A stretch of 64,000 nt of DNA, from the NCBI GenBank assembly GCA_043228905.1, contig JBHGNT010000006.1:18600001-18664000 (forward strand), given 5' to 3'. Below, piece after piece: positions 35,601-46,132 of this stretch. Both the position numbers and the translations under genes were made by a program. Position 1 is the first letter of the stretch. Every line of letters starts with the position of its first letter. Under the pieces are notes generated by a model, which did not search any database, had not been told where the DNA came from, and worked only from the letters and a program-made list of their open reading frames with translations. The DNA comes from Azolla caroliniana (taxonomy: Eukaryota > Plantae > Polypodiophyta).

Positions 35601-38052
35601 TTTCTGAAATTTCAATCATCACTGAAATTTCAATCAAAATTTCTGAAATTTAAGTGATGATTGAAATTTCAGAAAATTTGATTGAAATTTCAGAAATTTC
35701 AATCATCACTAAAATTTCTGTGATGAAATTTCTGATTTTTTAGCACAGAAATTTCTGATTTTTCAGCACAGAAATTTCATCACTGAAATTAAAACCATAT
35801 TTCTACACTAAATATACCTGAAGGTTGAATGCACTCCGCAAAATCGCAAATCGTTTGAGGCTAGGTTGTAGAGGAGAAGAGAGCGTAACGTTAGTGCAGA
35901 GGAAAAGGGGGAAAAGAGGGAAAAATTGAAAAAAATTGAAAAAAAAATGAAAAAAAATGAAAAAAAAAACACACGAATATTTGCATATCATTCGTGTTCG
36001 TTTTCCAACGTATGAAAACGAATGATATGGAAGACGAACACGAATTTTACATACTATGATACCGCGGTCCTTACCGCCTCGGCCCAGTAGAACTTGGGCA
36101 AGCTCTTCTCCTCCAGCATTGCCCGTGCCGCTTCCACAACTGACCAATTCTTCCTCTCGGCCACGCCATTCTGCTCCGGCGTGTATCTACAACTGAATTC
36201 GCGGCAAATTCCCATTTGTTGTAGGTAACCGTTTAATTGACCGGAAAAGTACTCTTTCCCGCCATCTGACCGCGGGCACTTGATCTTTCGTCCCGTTTCC
36301 GTTTCCACGAACCCTTTGAGGTCCCAGAAACAGTCGAAGACTTCGCTCTTCCTCTCAATGAGGTAGATCCACGTGTGCCGCATGTGGTCGTCGATGAAGG
36401 AGAAGAAATATCGGCTCCCGCCAAGACTAACGTTTTGTGCCGGCCCCCATACATCGGAGTGTATAAGGTCGAGCTTGTTCCAGCTCCGGTTTCGCTCGTT
36501 GGGGAAGGGAAGTCGGTGTTGCTTCCCGAGCTAGCAGGCTTCAATAATTTGTGCCTTTCGGCCACTAAATTTGGGCAATCCGAACACTACCTGTTTCGTT
36601 TGCAGATCTTGAAGCCGCTGGTAGTTGACGTGGTCTATCCGCTTGTGCCACAAGTCGATGTCCGACTCGGATTTTTGTCCCTTCGCGAACATTGCGGTGC
36701 CGCCATCAGTGGAGTCGAGGATGAACATCCTCCCATCTCTGCGCCCTTGCGCAATCACACGACCTTCTTCCTCAATGAAGCACCCGAGGTGTGTAAACCA
36801 AACATCCATCCCTTGGTCGACGATCTGTCCGACCAAGACCAAGTTCTTCGTGATTGTCGGAACGTGCAACACGTTCATGAGTTTCCCTTTCTGCCCGACA
36901 TGGCTAAGGGGAACTTCTCCGACATTTGCGATCGGATACGGAGTGTCGTCTCCTGTTGCGACTACTCCAAGTTTTTCAAGGTACGAGAACCACTCCTTAT
37001 GGCTCGTCATGTAGTTTGACGCGCCGGAGTCTACGTACCACACCTCGTCCGATCTCGGGGTGGTCTGTTTCATTGAGTTTGCTTCGTGTCTCGTCACGAA
37101 GGTAGACCCTTCTCTGGCTCTCCCGGAGTCTTCGGCGTAGTGTGATCGCTGCCGATTTCCCTTGTCGGTATGTCCAGAGCCGTTTCCGGAACCGGTTCTC
37201 TCCGAATCGGCGCGCTTCTTCCAGCACTCACTTTCCCTGTGGCCTTTCTTGCCACAGTACCAGCACTCCGCGATGGCCTTCCCTTGCCGGTTCTCATCGC
37301 TTCGACTCCCCCTGTTTCTAGAGGGGTCCGGAGTTGCTGTCGGCATCACTTCGGTGCCTTCTTCCTTGATCTCGTCGGCCGCCTCCATTGCACACCGACT
37401 CGCCTCGTCCTCCACGTCCACGGGGCCTATCTCCCTCCGTGTACAGCATTCTGTTGTTGGTATGCATGCTTGTAGTCGCATCCGCGTGGTTCTCCTCTAC
37501 CAGGAGCATTGACTGTAAGTCGAAAAAGGACGGCGTATTCTCCCGGGTACACACAGCCGTTCAGAATGCTCCGAACTTCGACGCCAAACCTCCGAGACAG
37601 ATCTGGACCATCTCGCTCTCCTCGATGTTCACCTCTATGGAGGCGAGGGATTCGCAGATATCCTTGATCTTTGAGGTATAGTCCGCCACCGACAAGTCGC
37701 GTTGTCATAGGTTGCTCAACTCCTGTCGGAGCTGAAGCTTCCTGGCTATGGTGCTCGCGGCGAAAATCTTCTTCAGATTTTCCCACGCACCCTTCGGCGT
37801 CTTTGCATCCCGAACATAGCTCAATAGTTGTTCGCCCACACATGACGCGAAGCAGTATAATACCCTGCTCGCCGATTGCTCCCACGACAGGAAGTCTCTG
37901 TGTGTCGATTCAGGTGCCGCGTCATTAGGTCCTTCGACATAACTCCAGTAGCCGTGCCCGAGCAGGTACTGATGCATCTTGTAGGACCAAGACGCGTAGT
38001 TGGTTCTGTCGAGCTTCTCTGTTGGAAGCGAGCTCGCCATGCCTCTATCCAT
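32657..38052 (-). pseudogene. F gag-PR-INT-RT-RNase H polyprotein with stops, frameshifts and a hAT insertion
   Basis: [55 protein letters not shown]. Confidence 0.92.
35116..36058. mobile_element. Non-autonomous hAT-type DNA transposon (943 bp)
   Basis: TIR CATAGTATG/CATACTATG, 8-bp TSD ATACCGCG (35108-35115, 36059-36066), subterminal ATTCGTGTTCG repeats, AT-rich interior. Confidence 0.9.
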
Positions 38053-38124
38053 CGTTCTTCTTGTTCTTCTTCGTCAAGCTGTGTTGACTACAAAGAGGTT
38101 CTCAACCCTCGCACTCTGATACCA

Positions 38125-38229
38125 TGTAAAAAGTAACGTGCAGAAGCAAGTGTGAAGACCGAACAGGAGGAAGAAAACTCAGGTTCAATGGAGAGCTTGA
38201 GCTTACGCAATATACGCGGGAGAGATAGA

Positions 38230-38282
<53 letters not shown>

Positions 38283-38616
38283 CACACGAACTATATTCAA
38301 CAAGAACAACCCAATCTCTATTCACCACACTCTATACATATGTGTGTTCAATGAACACTTTTATACAAGTCCTAGAAGGACTGACCGAAGTACTGACAGT
38401 ACTTCAATACTCATTAAGAGCTCCTACACTAACTCCCAAATATATTCCTCACGGAATATCTTTCCTAACGGCCTCCCGGTTTACGCACCGATCCGGCCCT
38501 ACCTACGCACCGGTCTGCGTACCAGTTTACGCATTCGGCCTAACCGATTGGTCCCAACCGATCCGGTCCTCGGCTTCTTCAGCCGATCCGGCCGATGTTG
38601 AGCTTGTCTCTCAACA
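38125..38616 (-). repeat. 5' LTR of F
   Basis: Adjacent to the Met PBS; ends at the TSD. Confidence 0.93.
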
Positions 38617-39640
38617 AATCCCAGTAGCTAGGCATTCCTCCTCGTAAGCTTCAGCTTCTAAGCGAAACACCATTTGATCGTCTCGTTCTTGTTCTTTGAG
38701 TGCGGCCAAGCTTTCAGTGAGCAGTCGCTTGAGGTCAACTTCGTGGCCCGCAGCTTGTTCCCGTAGTTGGCCAAAAATGTTGTTGTGGTTCTATTTTGCT
38801 AACTTGGCTAGAGTGATTTGGGCCTTAAGCTCCTCCTGGTAGTCCCAAAGGGGAGGCCCGGTCTGGGTTGCCGCTTGCTGGACTTGGGGAGAGGGTTCCC
38901 TGTCTGTCTTTGTATATCGTTCCATGACGACCGGTGGTGGTGGCGTTTGAGTGGAGGCGTGGCTGGTTTGGGGGTGCGGGCTGATATCTGCCCGTGACGA
39001 TGGCTCGCTTGTCTGTACCAAGTCCGTCATTGTGCTGGCTTCGACCGTGGCTACCTTGGAGTGAGTGGTGTCGTCTTTGTGTGCTTCTGTACCCGCAGCG
39101 CTCAGGCTCGGGTTCGGAAGAGTGGCTGGTGAGACATCGTCACTCGGCGTAGGGAGGCTTAAGGGCAGTTGTTCTGGATGTTGTTGCTTGAATGTCGCCA
39201 GTTTCTCCTCGACGGCTTGCCATAGCTCGGTAGCCCGTTTGGCTTGCTAATGCGCCATTTTGATACGTCGGGCCATGTCCTTGGTTGCCCGAGTAGTGTG
39301 GTGCAGATTTCGATATGCCTCGACTAAGGCCGTGTTCTGATCTAGTAGTTCCATGAGGAGCGACGCATTCTGTACTTGCTTCTTCCGTCCTATCTTCTAT
39401 AAGGCTCGATCCTCGTGAGGTTCGATTTCTCCCATTAGAGCGCGTTGGATCATCTTTGTTCGGCGTGCTCCTCGGCTATACGAGCGGCGGCAGCTACTTG
39501 GGCGCGCGTGAGGAAATCCATTAACTCATATGTTGTGCCCGGTCGAAGTAGTGCATTGAACTCGTATGCCTTTGCGGGGAGATCTTTGTAACCGAGGAAT
39601 TCCTCCTCTGATATCTGCGTGGTTTGTCCATGCTCAATCT

Positions 39641-39926
39641 TGTCGAATACAAGTGTATAATGGACGTATTCACACTATCCTTTTGGGCCATTTGTGTAAT
39701 TAGCATAAATGGTAGTTGCCCTAAGTCGGTCACTATATATAGTGACCTTGTAACCTCTTTGTAAGGTTGGTTGTTGTATTATTTGCTTTATGAAATAAAG
39801 AGTCTTTTGTGCCTCTCTCTCTCTCTCTCTCTCTCTCTGTGCAACGACCTAGAAACTATCATACGCAGGTACAGAAAAGAATCGAATGCTTCTTGATCTT
39901 CCGCATAGACGACTTTGTCTCCAACA
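39641..39926 (+). repeat. 5' LTR of G
   Basis: TGTCGAA...CCAACA. Confidence 0.96.
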
Positions 39927-40620
39927 TCTGGTATCAGAGCCTGCACAGCATTCGGTCCTTCAATCCGCTGTCGGCCGTCGTCTCAGCCTGCACAGCATTC
40001 GGTTTCTTGCGCCATTCGAAGAAGAGAGAAGAAGAAAAACGAGGCTTGCATCTCATCGCGTTAGATCATCTTCGCTTGGAGTAAGCCAGTCGGTTGTACT
40101 CTATTCCTTGTGATCGTAACCGCTCGAGGTGAAATCCCCTTGTGCAACATTGACACGATCGTGCTCCACTCGGTTAAACGGCATCCGAAGAGGTCATCAA
40201 ACGCTGCTCGCCGCTCATTGTAACCACTCGGTGCAGATCGGTCTCAAGAAAACAACCCAAATTCGTGCTTCATCCGGCTGATCGACATTCGGGAGGATCA
40301 GTTGGATCCGTCTCTCTCGTCGCTGCAGTCAACCGAAGCAGAATCGGTCCAAATAATCGGTTTCAATAATCGGTATTCGGCATATATATTCGGAAGCGAA
40401 CCGGGCTCACTCCGACTCGGCAACATTCGGGAAGACCAGTCGGTTCTGTCCCTCAAGTTATCGGAGTCAATTCGAGCAAGTTCAACAATACATATATCCG
40501 AAGCCGAACCGACTCGGGTCCAAATCCGACTAGAACGATATCGGGTGAGCCAACCGGCTGCACTCCAACAAGGTTCGTAGTCAACTCCGAACCGAGCTTC
40601 GTTAACCGAAACCAAATTTG

Positions 40621-43600
40621 ATGGCATCAACATCCGGCTCGTCAGAAATGAGTCTACGAAAGTTCGATGGATCGAACTTCAACTTCTGGAAGGAGCAAAT
40701 GCAGGACTATCTCATAGTCAAGGGGCAAATCGATCCCATCGAAAATGAAGAACCTCCAGAAGGATACAAACCAATTGAGTGGCAGAAGCTGGACAGAATC
40801 GTCCGCGCCACAATTCGGATGCACCTATCGGAATCGGTATACTTTACGGTGCAATCGTGTACGACAGCATTCGAACTGTGGAAAACACTGTCGGACACTT
40901 ACGAAAAGAAGGTCGCCGCAACGAAGATGTTTCTGATCCGGCGCCTCTACAACTTGCGGATGAAAGAATCCGATTCGGTTCAAGCACACCTTAATGAGTA
41001 CGAAAGCATAAGCTCCCAAATCTCATCTCAGGGGACGGCAATCGAGGATGAACTCAGAGCAATGATACTCATGAGTAGCCTTCCCTCATCATGGGAAACT
41101 TTCGTCACAACCGTGTGCAACGCGTCAACCATGGCTGTCAAATACTCCGAAGTCACAAGCGCAATCCTGACCGAAGCAGCTCGGAGAAAGTCTTTCGCCA
41201 AAGACTCAACAGACGACGCTTATGTAGTACAAGGTTCGACAGACCGATCGAACATACGAGGAAGAGATTCCTCACGACCGCCGAACAATCAGCGAAGACG
41301 GAGCCAGTCACGGGATAACCGAATCTGCAACTACTGCAAGAAACCCGGACACATCAAAGCCGACTGCCGCGCACTCAAGAACAAGAACGACAAGTCTCAG
41401 AAATCAGACAAGAAGAGTGGCCGGCATGAGGAGATCAATTACGTCAGCTTCTCAGCTGATGTGCTACCAGACGACCCGAATATACTATCAATCGAAAATC
41501 CAGTCGGATCAGAAGTTCTGCTCACGACTGAAGAATCGAGCACATGGCTCTTAGATTCGGGCGCGTCATTTCACGTGACTCCTCATCGATCCCAATTTCG
41601 GCAATATACGACCCGTCACTCCGACTCAGTTCGAGTCGGCAACTCACAACACTGTGACATCATCGGAATCGGCACAGTAGAGCTCAACCTTGCAGGTGGC
41701 TCTACACTTGTACTTCACAATGTCCGACATGTACCCGAGCTCTCAAGGCCATTGATCTCAGTCGGACAACTAGATGAAGACGGCATTCGTGCCGGTTTTT
41801 CTTCGGGAGGGTGGACACTCCACAGGGGGAACCTCCTGCTTGCTAGAGGACCCAAGATACACTCACTGTATCCGTTACATGTTACGCTCAGAGAGGGTAA
41901 CCTGTTTTTGGTGGATATTCCTGTGTCATCACTATGGCACCGAAGACTGGGACACCTCAGCAAGGCCGGCATTACGCATCTATCTAGAGCCGGATACATC
42001 CCCAAACTCTCCTTCTCCGACCATCAATTCTGCGAGCATTGTCAGTATGGCAAACAAGCAGCTGCATCACACCCGACATCAGCACCAAGAGAAACGAGAC
42101 CTCTCGATTTAGTCCACTCGGACGTCTGTGGCCCGATGCCGCATCAGTCTCTTGGCGGTGCCTCTTACTTCGTCAGTTTTATTGACGATTCGACTCGAAA
42201 GGTGTGGGCTTATCCAATTCGCACCAAAGATCGTGTCTTCTCGATCTTCTCCGATTGGCTCGCTATGGTAGAAAATCAAACCGACCGAAAGCTGAAATGC
42301 TTTCGGACCGACAATGGGGGAGAGTTCAAATCAGAAGAATTCGTCAAATTCTGCCGACAACGCGGCATCCGACGTGAATTTACGGCACCACACAGTCCGG
42401 AGCAAAACGGGATTGCCGAACGCATGAATCGGACAATCCAAGAACGGATAGTTTCCATGCTCCAACACTCCGGACTGTCGGATGGCTTCTGGGCAGAGGC
42501 TCTACTCACGGCAGCACACATAATCAATATGTCGCCAAGTAGACCTTTAGGACTTCAAATTCCTCAAGAACTATGGATCGGCAGTAAGCCGAATTACGAC
42601 AAGCTGAGGATCTTCGGATGCGAGGCGTACGTCCTTATTCCGAAAGATGATCGCCGAAAACTTGCACCTCGGTCCAGGAAATGCATTTTCCTCGGATATG
42701 GATCAGACGGCGAAATGGGATACCGACTCTGGGACCCCGAACGCAGACAAATCGTTCGAAGTTCGGACGTTGTGTTCAACGAGTCGGCTATGAATCCATC
42801 AGTCGAAAAACCGATCGAAGTCCGAAGGGTAACATTTTCCGATGTGCCGACCCTTCAAGAAGGCCCCGCTCTTAACACACGGTCAGCTTCACGGGTAGCT
42901 GAACCTTACACTACCGAATCGGACAACTCCGACTCGGCACTGCAGAACAATCCGCTTTCGGACCATCCGACCTTGATACCCGATGCGACCAGTCCAATCA
43001 TACCTCGACGATCCGAGAGACTGTCGCAACCTCCGGAGAGGTATTCTCCTGGAATTTTCTTCACCGACGCCGGCGAACCGACGTCTTACGAAGAAGCATC
43101 GACATCTGTCGATTCAGCCACCTGGCATCTGGCGATGGAGTCGGAAATGCACTCCATTCGGGCAAACAAGACTTGGGATCTGGTCGAATTACCTAGGAAC
43201 CGACGTGCTCTTCCTTGCAAGTGGGTTTATCGACTAAAAGAGACGTCTGATTCGACCACCCCAAAGTACAAGGCCAGATTAGTTGCGAAGGGCTTCCGAC
43301 AAGAATATGGCGTCGACTTCGACGAGATTTTTTCACCAGTGGTGAAAATGACAACCCTTCGTTTCCTACTCGGCGTAGTGGCAGCCGACAACTTGGAGCT
43401 GATTCAGCTAGATGTCAAAACAGCCTTCCTCCATGGTGATCTTGACGAGGAAATTTATATGGAGCAGCCAAAAGGCTTCGTGGCGACTGGCCAAGAACAT
43501 CTAGTCTGCCGACTCAGGAAGAGTCTATACAGCCTCAAACAGGCACCGCGACAATGGTACAAGAAGTTCGACGACTTCATCCAATCGATCGGCTTCTCAA

Positions 43601-44652
43601 AAAGCGATGAGGACCATTGTCTTTTCACCAACACAGCTCAAGATGGATCACCCATCTTCCTCATCATTTACGTGGACGACATGCTAATTTCTGGACGCCA
43701 CGCGGGCGAACTTGCCGATCTCATTCGGCAACTGCGGTTGAAGTTTGCCATGAAGGACCTCGGCCCGGCACGACACATACTCGGCATGAAGATTAGTCGG
43801 CATCGCGATAAACGACATCTTTTTCTGTCTCAGACCGACTATATCCGACGTGTCTTAGAACGCTTCAACATGCAATCAGCCAAATCTGCTTCAACCCCGC
43901 TCCCTATGAATCTTCGGCTCTCTCAGCGACACTGCCCAACATCCGGTCCGGAGGGGGAAGATATGAAGTCGGTACCGTATGCACCGGCAGTCGGCTCCCT
44001 TATGTACCTGATGGTCGCGACACGGCCTGATATTTCTCACGCCGTAGGAGTCGTTAGCAGATTTATGCACAATCCCGGCCGATCGCATTGGAACGCAGTC
44101 AAGCATGTGTTCAGATATCTGGCTGGCACAAAAGACCACGGCATTCTTTTCGGTCCGAACCGAACCTCAGGCGTAGTCGGTTACACCGACTCGGACTTCG
44201 CCGGCTGTATAGACAGTCGGAAATCAACAACCGGATACTGCTTCAAATTCGGCAATGGAGCAATCTCGTGGAAGTCGAAACTTCAGGAGTGCACAGCGAC
44301 CTCAACGACCGAAGCAGAATATGTAGCTGCGTCCGACGCAGCAAAAGAAGCTTTGTGGCTCGGTCGGCTGGCGCACACGTTTCGACAAGTCGACCATGAC
44401 TCGGCTCCAGTTGTCTACAGCGACAGTCAAGGTGTTGTTGCCTTGTCGAAAAATCCGGTTCACCACAACGCCTCCAAACATATCGACGTTCGATATCACT
44501 TCGTTCGGGACTGCGTCATTTCAGGGAAAATCGGTCTAGAGAAAATATCCACAACCGACAATGTCGCAGATGGAATGACCAAGTGTCTTTCGGCAGACCG
44601 CTTTCGGTCCCTTCGGCATCAGATGGGCGTAACGACAAACCAGTCCGGTTAG
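40621..44652 (+). CDS. Intact copia Gag-PR-INT-RT-RNase H polyprotein (~1343 aa)
   Basis: CNYCKKPGHIKADC, WLLDSGAS, LWHRRLGH, HSDVCGP, TDNGGEF, AERMNRT, QLDVKTAFL, YVDD, DSDFAG, KHIDVRYHF; no stops. Confidence 0.97.
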   Translation: MASTSGSSEMSLRKFDGSNFNFWKEQMQDYLIVKGQIDPIENEEPPEGYKPIEWQKLDRIVRATIRMHLSESVYFTVQSCTTAFELWKTLSDTYEKKVAATKMFLIRRLYNLRMKESDSVQAHLNEYESISSQISSQGTAIEDELRAMILMSSLPSSWETFVTTVCNASTMAVKYSEVTSAILTEAARRKSFAKDSTDDAYVVQGSTDRSNIRGRDSSRPPNNQRRRSQSRDNRICNYCKKPGHIKADCRALKNKNDKSQKSDKKSGRHEEINYVSFSADVLPDDPNILSIENPVGSEVLLTTEESSTWLLDSGASFHVTPHRSQFRQYTTRHSDSVRVGNSQHCDIIGIGTVELNLAGGSTLVLHNVRHVPELSRPLISVGQLDEDGIRAGFSSGGWTLHRGNLLLARGPKIHSLYPLHVTLREGNLFLVDIPVSSLWHRRLGHLSKAGITHLSRAGYIPKLSFSDHQFCEHCQYGKQAAASHPTSAPRETRPLDLVHSDVCGPMPHQSLGGASYFVSFIDDSTRKVWAYPIRTKDRVFSIFSDWLAMVENQTDRKLKCFRTDNGGEFKSEEFVKFCRQRGIRREFTAPHSPEQNGIAERMNRTIQERIVSMLQHSGLSDGFWAEALLTAAHIINMSPSRPLGLQIPQELWIGSKPNYDKLRIFGCEAYVLIPKDDRRKLAPRSRKCIFLGYGSDGEMGYRLWDPERRQIVRSSDVVFNESAMNPSVEKPIEVRRVTFSDVPTLQEGPALNTRSASRVAEPYTTESDNSDSALQNNPLSDHPTLIPDATSPIIPRRSERLSQPPERYSPGIFFTDAGEPTSYEEASTSVDSATWHLAMESEMHSIRANKTWDLVELPRNRRALPCKWVYRLKETSDSTTPKYKARLVAKGFRQEYGVDFDEIFSPVVKMTTLRFLLGVVAADNLELIQLDVKTAFLHGDLDEEIYMEQPKGFVATGQEHLVCRLRKSLYSLKQAPRQWYKKFDDFIQSIGFSKSDEDHCLFTNTAQDGSPIFLIIYVDDMLISGRHAGELADLIRQLRLKFAMKDLGPARHILGMKISRHRDKRHLFLSQTDYIRRVLERFNMQSAKSASTPLPMNLRLSQRHCPTSGPEGEDMKSVPYAPAVGSLMYLMVATRPDISHAVGVVSRFMHNPGRSHWNAVKHVFRYLAGTKDHGILFGPNRTSGVVGYTDSDFAGCIDSRKSTTGYCFKFGNGAISWKSKLQECTATSTTEAEYVAASDAAKEALWLGRLAHTFRQVDHDSAPVVYSDSQGVVALSKNPVHHNASKHIDVRYHFVRDCVISGKIGLEKISTTDNVADGMTKCLSADRFRSLRHQMGVTTNQSG

Positions 44653-44846
44653 AGCCGGACACAGCGCAGGATGGTTTCGGACAACCGACATCAGTTCCTT
44701 AATGATCGGCTTCAACTCTTCCGACCCGACCAGTTCGGTCTTCTGCCTTCGGACCCTGCCGACTCGAACAAAAATTGATATGTCCGAGAACCTAAGTTTA
44801 TACCTGTAATCTTAGATAACCCATGTATACGCCCATTACGGGGGAG

Positions 44847-45130
44847 TGTCGAATACAAGTGTATAATGGACGTATTCACACTATCCTTTTGGGCCATTTG
44901 TGTAATTAGCATAAATGGTAGTTGCCCTAAGTCGGTCACTATATATAGTGACCTTGTAACCTCTTTGTAAGGTTGGTTGTTGTATTATTTGCTTTATGAA
45001 ATAAAGAGTCTTTTGTGCCTCTCTCTCTCTCTCTCTCTCTCTGTGCAACGACCTAGAAACTGTCATACGCAGGTACAGAAAAGAATCGAATGCTTCTTGA
45101 TCTTCCGCATAGACGACTTTGTCTCCAACA
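44847..45130 (+). repeat. 3' LTR of G
   Basis: Copy of the 5' LTR followed by TSD AATCT. Confidence 0.96.
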
Positions 45131-45403
45131 AATCTTACCGACTTGGAGCCATGACTCCGTTGGTACCATGGTCGTGGGGTCGGGTTGGCCTCTTTTGATC
45201 TCAGATGATGGTTGCCCTCGGTTTCTGTGGTTGACTCCTGAATGATGCGGCGTCTTTTTGGCGGCTGATCCTATGTGTCTGGGGCCGGTCGTGTTACCTC
45301 TTTTGTTGTCGTATGGCCAAGGGCTGCTGGCTTGCTCGGTTGTGGAGAGGGCATCGATGTCCTTGGCGTTTTCTGGCGTATAGTGACATCCTCAGTGATG
45401 CGC

Positions 45404-46090
45404 TGTCGTGAAGATTTTCGTCCATAGGCGGAAAACCGAGCGAAGCAAGCAAACCCGCGATGTGCAACGTTGCACATCAACATGTTGTATTTCTATTTAT
45501 CGATAGTGATAAGTATGGAGCTAGAAATGCACCTTAGGATTTGTAAAGTGTAAAGGTGATGTGCTTTTGCGCGCACATCCACGTGAGAGAGAGAGATAGG
45601 TACGTGGTAGTTCGTGTAGAGGTGGGAGTTAAGACCCATCCTTCCCACCTCCCCTAAAATCAAGGGAAATATCCCCATTGATTGAAAGGGGATATTTTGT
45701 AGCACCCTTTTTGAAAACGGTCTTCTCTCCTTGTGCTATAAAAGGAGAGGAAGAGCACCATTGTGGGGGTTGCCTTATTTTTGAAGTGTGAGGTATACCA
45801 TTTCGTTTTAGGGTTTAGGGTTCCTTAGTTAGGGTTTCTTTTCTTCTTCGTCGGATTAGGGTTTCGGGTTTATCATAGTCGTTTGGTGCGGCCTACGCGG
45901 CCGCCATTTTTGTAATCGGTTTTCGGTTCTAATATATCTTGTTGAGCATTTGGCCTCCATCCTCCTCTTGTTCATTCTTTCTCTTCTTGTGCTAAGCTCC
46001 ATTCCGAAGTCCTATTCCTTCTCCCCTTCTCCTTAGTCCAAGACCCCCGTGGTTCCGCCCTTCTCCACGCACGCGCGTAACAACGCGACA
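45404..46090 (+). repeat. 5' LTR of H
   Basis: TGTCGTG...CGCGACA; TATAAAA near 45737. Confidence 0.93.
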
Positions 46091-46094
46091 TCTT

Positions 46095-46112
46095 TGGTGA
46101 ACCCGACGTGAA
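46095..46112 (+). promoter_or_regulatory. Primer binding site, tRNA-Trp (element H)
   Basis: TGGTGAACCCGACGTGAA. Confidence 0.88.
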
Positions 46113-46132
46113 GGGCGGCAAGGGAGAAAGAG

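Larger units (their letters stand above)
31857..38616 (-). mobile_element. Ty1/copia element F, full length, disrupted
   Basis: LTRs 31857-32322 and 38125-38616, perfect TSD AATCC, PBS TGGTATCAGAGT 38113-38124, PPT from 32323. Confidence 0.95.
39641..45130 (+). mobile_element. Ty1/copia element G (Tnt1/Tork-like), structurally intact and very young
   Basis: LTRs 39641-39926 and 44847-45130 differ by about one substitution and one CT unit. TSD AATCT, Met PBS 39929-39940, PPT GGGGGAG, single open polyprotein. Confidence 0.97.

Noticed and set aside
35404-35637. Small acidic host gene
   Set aside because: Lies inside the hAT element; its N-terminus is just the translated microrepeat.
38088-38647. 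ORFs with SLSLSL or ERERER runs (also 18085-18541, 31948-32307)
   Set aside because: Translations of (CT)n/(GA)n microsatellites inside LTRs.
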